Positions 49,556 to 61,552 of a DNA stretch of 64,000 bases are shown here, one piece after another. The notes under the pieces were generated by a model, which did no database searches, was not told where the DNA came from, and saw only the letters and a list, made by a program, of their open reading frames with translations. Source of the DNA: Macrostomum lignano (lineage: Eukaryota); contig NIVC01000251.1 in NCBI GenBank assembly GCA_002269645.1, positions 248,001-312,000 on the forward strand, given 5' to 3'. The position numbers and the translations under genes are program-made. Position 1 is the first letter of the stretch. Each line of letters starts with the position of its first letter.

Positions 49556-50384
49556 GGCTGCCACAGATCAGATAGAGCACATTAACATCACGAGTACATA
49601 AGCTCAAGTAATATCTTATTCTTTTATATTGCTGCCAAGGGTATCACTGGCTTAACCTATAATGGTTTGGCCACACGCATCATACACAGGAACACTCAGG
49701 CTAAGCAAGCAGTACCATATGAGAAAATGACGAAAAAAACCATTTAGGGGGAATATATCTTTAATCCCTTCTTATTCCCCATTCCGACTGTGTGTATTTT
49801 GGTCGTGGATACCCCAAGGTAAACAGGCACAGGTTTCTGAGGGTATAACGTATAGGTTACCAACCGAAATTTCCAATTAACGATATATACCTAGGGCAGC
49901 GCAAGTCTAAGTAATGATCCTTAAGTTCTCAAACTTCTATATGGCTAGTCCAGATCAAATATGGAATGCAGGGGGGGGGTCTGGATAGAGAGGCAATATT
50001 AACTAACCCAAGAGCGCAAACCCCAGTCCCCACACTCAGCCTAAATCAACAAAGCGAATCAATATGAAAAGCCAAATTGAGTACCGCTATATATTCCATT
50101 TCAAGAAATTGAAAGGAAGAGAAGAGGATATAATGGATATTATTGAGAATATCAAAGTAAAAGAAAAATTAGAAGACACTGCAAGAGCCACTTAGTCAGT
50201 CACGATTCAGTTAGCTCAGCTAAGCTAACATATCGACTCTTGAAGAGGCGCCACAATTGCACAGTTCAAGTTGGCGGCTTCAATGGTAGAATTTAGATTA
50301 AAGTAGTATTATTGCCAAGGAGATCTGCGAAACACAACAGTCTGGATTTAGGGGGTTCAATTATATAGCAATTGTATAGCAAGA

Positions 50385-50488
50385 TGCTTATAGCAAGATG
50401 CTTATAGCAAGATGCTTATAGCAAGATGCTTATAGCAAGATGCTTATAGCAAGATGCTTATAGCAAGATGCTTATAGCAAGATGCTTT
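50385..50488. repeat. 14-bp tandem repeat (TATAGCAAGATGCT), about 7 copies
   Basis: Period 14 at 50403, 50417, 50431. Confidence 0.95.
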
Positions 50489-50640
50489 AGACATCATTTT
50501 CCCAACAACGGGGGGGGCGCAGATTGCTAGTCTCATTTACTATGATAATAGGTCAATAGGTCAGAGATAAACGCATCTGACCCCCCCCTCTCTTTCTCTC
50601 TCTCACGAAATTTCACGACCACAAGGCAAAGATCTGAACT

Positions 50641-51560
50641 TTCATCTCGCCCTTCTTTGGCTATTCATTTCAACCTTATTTCGGCCATTTATCTCACCCT
50701 TCATTCTATTTATCTCACCCTTCACCCTGCCATTCATCTCACCCTTCATTCTATTTATCTCACCCTCCACTCTGCCATTCATCTCACCCTTCATTCTATT
50801 CATCTCACCCTCCACTCTGCCATTCATCTCACCCTTCATTCTATTTATCTCACCCTTCATTCTATTCATCTCACCCTTCATTTTATTCATCTCACCCTTC
50901 ATTCTATTCATCTCACCCTTCATTCTATTCATCTCACCTTTTATTCTATTCATCTCACCCTCCACTCTGCCATTCATCTCACCCTCCACTCTGCCATTCA
51001 TCTCACCCTCCACTCTGCCATTCATCTCACCCTCCACTCTGCCATTCATCTCACCCTCCACTCTGCCATTCATCTCACCCTCCACTCTGCCATTCATCTC
51101 ACCCTCCACTCTGCCATTCATCTCACCCTCCACTCTGCCATTCATCTCACCCTCCACTCTGCCATTCATCTCACCCTCCACTCTGCCATTCATCTCACCC
51201 TCCACTCTGCCATTCATCTCACCCTCCACTCTGCCATTCATCTCACCCTCCACTCTGCCATTCATCTCACCCTCCACTCTGCCATTCATCTCACCCTCCA
51301 CTCTGCCATTCATCTCACCCTCCACTCTGCCATTCATCTCACCCTCCACTCTGCCATTCATCTCACCCTCCACTCTGCCATTCATCTCACCCTCCACTCT
51401 GCCATTCATCTCACCCTCCACTCTGCCATTCATCTCACCCTCCACTCTGCCATTCATCTCACCCTCCACTCTGCCATTCATCTCACCCTCCACTCTGCCA
51501 TTCATCTCACCCTCCACTCTGCCATTCATCTCACCCTTATTCTGCCATTCATCGCACCCT
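50641..51560 (+). repeat. 21/24-bp minisatellite (TTCATCTCACCCTTCATTCTA / CCATTCATCTCACCCTCCACTCTG), left arm of an inverted pair
   Basis: Direct periodicity. Confidence 0.95.
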
Positions 51561-52214
51561 TCACTTCCCTTCTGTTAATAATATTACATAAGAATTTTGA
51601 ACAAACAGTTTAATTTTAACTTGTTGATTAGGACAGACTGCTGCATAAGGCCACGCCATGTTCTAAGCTTCGTAGATCTCCTTGAGCGACTAATCGCTTT
51701 GCCAAAAGAAAATTGAGATTATAAACACAATGAAAACTGAAGCAATAAAGAATAGTATGGTTTTTTGACACGTTTGACAGGGCAAGGAGGTTCTTTGAGC
51801 TTGAATGGCTCAAAGAAGTCAATAATCATTATCGTTGGGTGGGTGGGCACGGCTGAAAGTTGGCGCCACTAATCTTCGTTTCTAACGATAGCCTGAAAAT
51901 AATTCATACGAATAAGCCCTAGACTCCTAATGCTCGTATTCTTGAATACTAAAAACTATAAAATGTGCCAACAAAAAATTAAAAAGTATACAATTTTATA
52001 AAAATAAAAATGTAAATTCCAACTACAAAAATATGTATATTTGTATTAAAATAATGAGAAAGTTGATCTGCTCTTGACTAGCTAATGACGATCGTCTGAT
52101 TGCTCCGAAGATTCTGAAATGTCCGAGATGGGTTTAACACCATGCAATAATTGTAATAATTTCGTACCATACTTTTATCCAACTAAATACTCAAATCGCA
52201 ATAAGCGGTGATAA

Positions 52215-52745
52215 GAATAACTAAATTAAAGGTTGAGATTAATGGCAGAATAAAGGGTGGGATGAATAGAATGAAGGGTGAGATGAATAGAATGAAGGGT
52301 GGGATGAATAGAATGAAGGGTGGGTCGAATAGAATGAAGGGTGGGATGAATAGAATGAAGGGTGAGATGAATAGAATAAAGGGTGGGATGGATAGAACGA
52401 AGGGTGGGTCGAATAGAATGAATGGTGAGATGAATAGAATGAACGGTGAGATAAATAGAATGAAGGGTGAGATGAATAGAATGAAGGGTGAGATGAATAG
52501 AAAGAAGGGTGAGATGAATAGAATGAACGGTGAGATAAATAGAATGAAGGGTGAGATAAATAGAATGAAGGGTGAGATGAATAGAAAGAAGGGTGAGATG
52601 AATAGAAAGAAGGGTGAGATGAATAGAAAGAAGGGTGAGATGAATAGAAAGAAGGGTGAGATGAATAGAATAAAGTGTGAGATAAAATAGAATGAAGGGT
52701 GAGATGAAAATAATGAGGGCTGGGATGAATAGAATGAAGGGTCAC
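52215..52745 (-). repeat. 21-bp minisatellite (GATGAATAGAATGAAGGGTGA), right arm, reverse complement of the left-arm 21-mer
   Basis: The reverse complement ATCTCACCCTTCATTCTATTC occurs in the left array. Confidence 0.93.
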
Positions 52746-53224
52746 AATCAGTTCACAATAAAATACTACAAAGAAGTGAAATTCAGACACATAAAAGCTT
52801 TCAAAAATGCATTTTAAAATGAAACTAAGGGGTTGGGAGGACGGACAAAGGAAACAAGGACAGCAAACACACGCATATCAGATAGCAAACACAAAATGGA
52901 AAAAATAGAATCAATAATGCCAGGTGAAACACGATACCCCAAAGTGGCTATAGTGCTGGCATGAGCGAAGATGAGTCAGTTTTGAAATTGACTAGGCCTA
53001 GAAGCTCGTGTCTAGTGCTTAAACCTTTCAGAATCAGGACGTTGATGATTCTGCCATATCTTTAATAATAGCATAGCTAAAATCAACATGTTAATCTAAT
53101 CCTGAAGTAAAATTTTGCTCTCTTACGTAATCATTGCTTTATCCATAATTAATACGATGATATAGCTCGAAGCTCAATGAGCACAAGAAAAGTCAATTGA
53201 ATAGCTGCTTTGTCGAATTTTGAT

Positions 53225-53673
<449 letters not shown>

Positions 53674-54379
53674 TGAATACTAATATTCTCCAGATCTTTC
53701 AGATTCCTCGAAACCTACTCCCACAATTTAATCGAAAGTTTGTAAGAATGTTTTTCAGAAATATTTTTAGCACAAAAAGCTTAGAAACCATTGCCAACAA
53801 GAAAATTAGCTTAAAAAATTGCAGGCATCAGAAAAAACTAAAATAAATTACTCTTTACACTATTAATAACCTAATTTAATTTGTAAAATACGACTGTAAT
53901 CAGCCTCATCCCAGACAGAGAGAGAGAAAAATCTTTCACACTACAACAAGGAGCTTCTCAAACAAGAAATGGTTTGGCTAGAAAATGAACCGCGAACACA
54001 CATTCACCACTACCGAGTACCAGTCGAGTTGCAGCTTACACATTTTGTCACGCGTCTAAAATCGATTTCTCTAGTTCTCAAGACGAGTACACAAGGAGAG
54101 TGTGTTTTAAAGATGAAGAGGAGCTGGTCCGAGTTTTTTTCTCTCGAGTAAGATAAAAACACGCAGACACACGAGACTGACTGACTGACAGAAACAGCCT
54201 TATGTAGAAAATAAGGTAACTCAAGCTAGTATTGATGGCGATGTATATACCATATTCGATCGATCGATACTACTGAACAGGCTAAAAACTCGAGTAGCTT
54301 GCGTTCGAAAAAAACGCTTGAAGTTACTCTTACTCGCTGTGCATGCGCCTATGGTTTTTACTTACTCGTTGCACTCTGT

Positions 54380-55050
54380 TTATCTACCTTAGGCTTAGAG
54401 TCAGATCTATCTACCTTGGCGTCACTTATAATCAGATCTATCTACCTTGGCACCACCAGATCTATCTACCTTGGCGCCACTCAGATCTATCTACCTTGGC
54501 GCCAGTCAGATCTATCTACCTTGGCACCACCAGATCTATCTACCTTGGCGCCAGTCAGATCTATCTACCTTGGCACCACCAGATCTATCTACCTTGGCAC
54601 CACCAGATCTATCTACCTTGGCGTCACTTATAATCAGATCTATCTACCTTGGCACCACCAGATCTATCTACCTTGGCGCCAGTCAGATCTATCTACCTTG
54701 GCGCCAGTCAGATCTATCTACCTTGGCGCCAGTCAGATCTATCTACCTTGGCGCCACTCAGATCTACTTTGGCGCCACTCAGACCTATTTACCTTGGCGC
54801 CATTCAGACCTATTTACCTTGGCGCCAGTCAGATCTATCTACCTTGGTGCCACTCAGATCTATTTACATTGGCGCCAGTCAGATCTATTTACCTCGGTGC
54901 CATTCAGATCTATCTACCTTGGCGCCACTTAGATTTATTTATCTACGTTAGCCTCAGTTAGATCTATCTACCTTGCCGCCAATCAGAATCAGATCTATCT
55001 ACATTGGCGCCACTCAGAATCAGATTTATCTACCTTGGCGCCACTTTTAG
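54380..55050. repeat. 24-25-bp minisatellite (AGATCTATCTACCTTGGCGCCAGTC)
   Basis: Direct periodicity; GGCGCC core. Confidence 0.94.
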
Positions 55051-55689
55051 ACTACATCTTGGCGCCGGACTCTACAAATATCTACCTTTGTGATTTTAAG
55101 AGCCCATTGTGAACACTTATTTCAATACCTTAACCATTTTACACCTTCTATTATTAATCTGTCTTTTATTTTCAGCAATGCAGCTACCACCAACACCTTC
55201 CCTCCCTACAGCCGCACTTGAAAAATGAGAACGGAACTTCTGGAGCAAATTTTAACTCTCCTGTGCAGTAAACAGAAGCTGTCAAGGGAAGCGATGCTCA
55301 ATCGTTCTTAAGCTCAAAAGAATTTAAAGCAAAGGTGCCGGCGGTGAAGCAATTGAGAAGGATTCTTTATAAGCCGAGAGGGAGAGAGGGAATTGTGTAA
55401 CCCGTGAAAGACCCTGTCTTCAGCCTCCGACCCTGATTAGCACTCCGACTCTTCCTGAAGGTTTGACACCTGAGCTTTGAAAACCACTTGATGTCAGTCA
55501 GTAATTCAGAAGACGAGAGAAGGATTTCAGCTTTTGATAAATAAGGTCAACTTCTTGCTTGACAATGCATTGCAGATGGAGTATACTCTGCAGCCATTTA
55601 ACTATGGGTTAAATTAACGTTCAGATTTCAGTTGGAGCGACTCTACATTGTGATATAGGGTTTTTATTAGGGGGGGGTGGGATAAGTAC

Positions 55690-56580
55690 AAATTTGGGTA
55701 GAGTGTTTTGATTAGGAAGTGGTGTGAGTGTACACTGGGGTAGAGGATTTGATTAGGAAGTGGTGTGAGTATACACTGGGGTAGAGGATTTGATTAGGAA
55801 GTGGTGTGAGTGTACATTGGGGTAGAGGATTTGATTAGGAAGTGGTGTGAGTGTACACTGGGGTAGAGGATTTGATTAGGAAGTGGTGTGAGTATACACT
55901 GGGGTAGAGGATTTGATTAGGAAGTGGTGTGAGTGTACATTGGGGTAGAGGATTTGATTAGGAAGTGGTGTGAGTGTACACTGGGGTAGAGGATTTGATT
56001 AGGAAGTGGTGTGAGTGTACATTGGGGTAGAGGATTTGATTAGGAAGTGGTGTGAGTGTACATTGGGGTAGAGGATTTGATTAGGAAGTGGTGTGAGTGT
56101 ACATTGGGGTAGAGGATTTGCTTAGGAAGTGGTGTGAGTGTACATTGGGGTAGAGGGTTTTGCTTAGGAAGTGGTGTGAGTGTACATTGGGGTAGAGGAT
56201 TTGATTAGGAAGTGGTGTGAGTGTACATTGGGGTAGAGGATTTGATTAGGAAGTGGTGTGAGTGTACATTGGGGTAGAGGGTTTTTCTTAGGGAGTGGTG
56301 TGAGTGTACATTGGGGTAGAGGATTTGATTAGGAAGTGGTGTGAGTGTACATTGGGGTAGAGGATTTGATTAGGAAGTGGTGTGAGTGTACATTGGGGTA
56401 GAGGGTTTTTCTTAGGGAGTGGTGTGAGTGTACATTGGGGTAGAGGGTTTTGCTTAGGAAGTGGTGTGAGTGTACATTGGGGCAGAGGGTTTTGTTTATG
56501 GAGTATAGTGAGTGTAGAGCAAGGGTAGAGCAAGAGGGTTTTGATTAGGGAGTGGGGTGAGTGTACATTTGAGTAGTAGG
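55690..56580. repeat. 41-bp satellite (GATTAGGAAGTGGTGTGAGTGTACATTGGGGTAGAGGATTT), about 21 copies
   Basis: Period 41 at 55710, 55751, 55792. Confidence 0.96.
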
Positions 56581-57319
56581 TTTTGGTTAAAAAGCGTGTG
56601 TGCAGAAATGAAAATAACAAACAACAAAGCACATAAAGTATAATCTGGCTTACCTTCTGTTTAATAAAAATCTGCACTAACAACAATTGTCACGAACGAT
56701 GAGGATAGACGATTATGACTAGCGGGGTTGAAAAAATGCCCTCGAAATCTGCAACAATTGAAAAATAAGGCAAACAAAATTAGGAATGAAAATCTCTAGC
56801 TATACTACTTCTACTGGTAAACAAGTAGTATCGCGAAAATATACTAATCTTTATGTTCTAAAAATCGGCAGGAAAAACAGCTATGCTTTTAGGCTTTTTA
56901 TACCTAGACTTATTGACAAAAGAATTTACAAAATTGTATTCGCCGTTATGGAATTCTAGCGAACAAAACGATTTAATATGTGAACATATGTTTCATTATA
57001 CTGTAAATAAATGTTCCGACAACTGTGAAATGCACAGATGCAACAGCTGGTCACTCTTATATGCCGACAGTCGGATTTTCGGTGAATCCCAACGGTTGCA
57101 TTAGCAGAAAGGGAGGGAACATAGCAGTTAAGCATAAATATCTGGCACTGATATTTTATAGACGTGTGTACTTTTCAAGCAGTCGCAATAACATGAAATA
57201 TAAAATGGATTCAGCGGCACTGTTATAATCTCTAAATTCCATATGACTTGCAATTTGTTTAGATATCTTTTCAATTCATTTTTTTAACATGATTCTCGTT
57301 ATACCATTCTTTGCAGCCC

Positions 57320-58610
57320 AATCCTAGGTCTTGGTCCGCTATGACTTCCTCATGTGATTCTACCGTAGATCATGACTCCCGCTATGACTGCTTCATTTGA
57401 TTCTACTGTAGATAATGATCATAACTCCAGCTATGACTTCTTCATGTGATTTCTACTGTAGATCATGATCATAACTCCAGCTATGACTGCCTCATTTGAT
57501 TCTACTGTAGGTCTTAACTCCCGCTATGACTGCCTCATCTGATTCTACCGTAGATCATAACTCCCGCTATGACTGCCTCATCTGATTCTACCGTAGGTCA
57601 TAACTCCAGCTATGACTGCCTCATTTGATTCTACCGTAGGTCATAACTCCAGCTATGACTTCTTCATGTGATTTCTACTGTAGATCATGATCATAACTCC
57701 CACTATGACTTCTTCATGTGATTCTACCGTAGGTCATAACTCCAGCTATGACTTCTTCATTTGATTTCTACTGTAGATCATGATCATAACTCCCACTATG
57801 ACTTCCTCATGTGATTCTACCGTAGGTCATAACTCCAGCTATGACTTCTTCATGTGATTTCTACTGTAGATCATGATCATAACTCCAGCTATGACTGCCT
57901 CATTTGATTCTACCGTAGGTCATAACTCCAGCTATGACTTCTTCATGTGATTTCTACTGTAGATCATGATCATAACTCCCACTATGACTTCCTCATGTGA
58001 TTCTACCGTAGGTCATAACTCCAGCTATGACTTCTTCATGTGATTTCTACTGTAGATCATGATCATAACTCCCACTATGACTTCCTCATGTGATTCTACC
58101 GTAGGTCATAACTCCAGCTATGACTTCTTCATGTGATTTCTACTGTAGATCATGATCATAACTCCCACTATGACTTCCTCATGTGATTCTACCGTAGGTC
58201 ATAACTCCAGCTATGACTTCTTCATGTGATTTCTACTGTAGATCATGATCATAACTCCAGCTATGACTGCCTCATTTGATTCTACCGTAGATCATAACTC
58301 CCGCTATGACTGCCTCATTTGATTCTACCGTAGATCATAACTCCTGCTATGACTGCCTCATCTGATTCTACCGTAGATCATAACTCCCGCTATGACTGCC
58401 TCATTTGATTCTACCGTAGATCATAACCCCCGCTATGACTGCCTCATTTGATTCTACCGTAGATCATAACTCCCGCTATGACTGCCTCATTTGATTCCAT
58501 CGTAGATCATAACCCATCATGACTGCCTCCATTGATCCTACTGTAGGTCATAGTTCATCATGAGGTCTTTGTTTGACTCTACCGTAGATCATAACCAACT
58601 AGACTATAAC
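57320..58610. repeat. 43/50-bp satellite with a 93-bp dimeric higher-order repeat in its centre
   Basis: TCCCACTATG marker at 57977, 58070 and 58163 (93-bp spacing). Confidence 0.94.
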
Positions 58611-61552
58611 TCTAAGGATCTAAGGGAAGTTTCATTCTTAAACTCAGTTATAACCGTTATAACGTCCAGTATTTGCTATACCATACTTGGCCAACCAAGA
58701 TTTCGCTCAGAGTTAGTTTAATAATCAAAAACTTGCACCCCAAGACTTAATCCCGAAAAGCTGGGGGTATTCCCTATACAGCGCATATTAAAGTAAAGTA
58801 AATACACAGGATTCCCTGTGTCAGTCCAATGTATAAAATAATATATGTATAAGAATTACGAAAAGCCATCAGTCATGCTGGATCTGCCAACAGTCATCAA
58901 AGCCTTGAGACTATCGAGTATGCGGATAGAGCGCGCGAGCACACAAGGACGGCACGGATCACGGGTAGGGATTGGAGTCAGAGGAGAAGAGAAATAAACT
59001 GCTAAACCAGAAAAAGACAACTATGAAGCATATACGGGATTGCTCAGGAAAGTAGTTAGATCACGCCAAGAGCAGCTTTTCGAGGCAATAAATACCAGCT
59101 ATACGACTGAACGCAACATAATTTAGAAAAAACACACACGGATAAGCAGCCCACAGGAGAGAGGTCGAGTCACACCTCTCTGTCTCTCTCTGGCAGTTAG
59201 CGAGAGAATTACGACTTTTCCTGCCAATACATACACGGGAGGTCGCTGCTGTTAGACCATTCTGCTGTCTTGTCATCAAGGACTAATGTGTACACTAATG
59301 TGATTGGAGAAACAGAGTGAGAGATAGAGAGACTGACGGCAAGTTAAGCGAGGCGTTAGCCGATAACTAACTAACCGGGTTATTAATAATTTAGGCAGGT
59401 GGCAGTGAAAGTTGTTCAAGTGTCTACCAGAAGAGAGGCCAGAAAACTACTATATATAGCTTTCTAATAAAAAGTTTGCTCAAGTAAAAATTCCGTTTAT
59501 AATTCATTTACCAATAAGGCCATAAGGCCGTGCTAATAGGCAATTTTTGCAAAAAAATCCAATTCCAAAACACTTTCTCTTTCTCTTAAGCAGCAGTCGA
59601 TTGAGTTTAGTCGAACGAAAGGCTTTAAAAAAACTGCTAGTCCCCACTGGCTCGCTCAAGCCCGCCCCGCTCTCTCGCTAATGCTCGATTAGGTTAGCCG
59701 AAAATCCAATAGGCTCTCTACACTACCTTTCCTTATACATATTTGTGTAGCAATAGGAAAAAATCTGCTTCCCAACTGGGAATAAGGGAGAAGGAAATGA
59801 AGGAAGAGAAGTAACCGGCGGCTTATCGCTAGTTCTCAGTCGGTGCCTTCAGCTCGGATGCCCACCCAATACGTAACCAATATTACAAAATATTCTACTA
59901 ACTATTCTCCTCAGTAGCCTATAACAGCATCTCTTATCGTTTGAGGCCTTTATCGATTCCTAAAAAACGCTTAAAGGGGGGGGGGCGCTTTCATAATCTC
60001 CGAAAGCAGCTCGTTCACAACTCCGACACTTTATATCCTCGACACGCTTAAACCCTAACCCTAATGGAGATATGAAGTTTCGGAGTTATGATATGTTGTT
60101 GGAGATTTAAAGTTAAGAAAATGTGGCGTCCGTGGCTAAGGTTATCGGAGATATGAAGTTTCGGAGTTGCGAAAGAAACTGCTTGAAGTAGATATGAAAT
60201 TTTAGAGATATGACCCCCAGAGAGACTTCTTTTAGATAAATGAAAAAAAATTATAGAGCGAATTAAAATCAACAAAAAAAGATTAATCGGATCCGAGACA
60301 AGCAAATAATGCGCGGCCTAGCGGCTGACAGATATGAATAATGATGGCGCTTGGAGAGACAGCAGCAAAGCTACCATGTCCCATATTTCGCTCTCCCCCG
60401 GATGGAAGCCATAATCAAGAACGGGAGAAGGATTAGCCTATACAGGCTAGGGATCAAGATGAAAGATAGGGACAGAGAGAAATATAGAGGAGACAAAAAA
60501 TGGAAGGTGTGACGCCTCTACGGATCAAGCGCTGAATAATAATGCTGCTGATGCTGCCGCTGCTGCTCACTATGATGATGCGAACCCAATACGAGACGGA
60601 TGCTACAGGAGCGCTTGAGCAAGGGGAAAAGGTATATAGCAGAGCTGAGAATCGACAGACACGAATGGAGAATAAATGGAAGTGTGGGATACTCAATGCG
60701 TGCAGCGTGACCCTGGTAGGGGAGTGTTTTGAGCTGCGGGCCTTGGGAAGCATGTAAGCTATGTAGAGAGTAAGGGACCAAGGGACCGCCATGCGGATTG
60801 TTCCGCCTTGAGGATTTCCAGGGTGGGGGGAGGTATGGGCAGTATAGAAAATTCCTAGGCTTTTTGGCGAATAGGATGAAATGGGAAACTGGACTTGGGG
60901 AGGATGGTGGTGGAACATTAGCACAGACTGGAGAAGAGGGAGATGAATTGCAAGAAGGCGCTCTCTCCTCCGCCCCTTCCATTCAAGCTAGGCAAGACCG
61001 TGTAAATCTTCCCATACTCTCTCCCGTTCCCAATACGGCCGACCTCCACCCAAAAAACGTCCAACCACGCCTTCCAATCCTCGCCTGTCTCGCGGGGCCT
61101 ATCCCCAACCCTCACCGCCCCAATCCACCCATGGGGCGACCGAGACCCCCCTTCAAACCGCGTCTCTGCACAACAGCCTCCTCTCACAACAGCGTGCGCC
61201 GTCTGCCATTTCACCCCTCCCCTCCCAACTGTATGCCTTAAGAGTCGTCGACATAGAAGAAGGGGTTGAGAAACAGAGCGCAAGACTCCCACAAGAAGGA
61301 GCAGCATTCCCCACACCCCTGCGCTGCTTTAGCACTGTATTTTTGGCGACTCAAACAAGAGAAGTTTACTTGACAAGAACAATCAATTTTCACCCAACGG
61401 AGTCAACTTTGTCTACATCACTCTTGGTCTCCATACAGGCACTTTCGCTAGACACAATTTTTTTTCAAAGAAAAAGCTTCGCATAAAAAAGCAAATGAAA
61501 TGTCGACACAAAACGCTTGACCCGTCTGACCTAATAGCCAAGAAGCAGAAGC

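Noticed and set aside
60049-60064. TAAACCCTAACCCTAA telomere-like motif next to a 22-bp direct repeat
   Set aside because: Only about 2.5 units, too short to call an interstitial telomere.
60300-61340. Cluster of 60-156 aa overlapping ORFs upstream of the SLC6-like gene
   Set aside because: No recognisable motifs; possibly decayed retroelement sequence, but unsupported.
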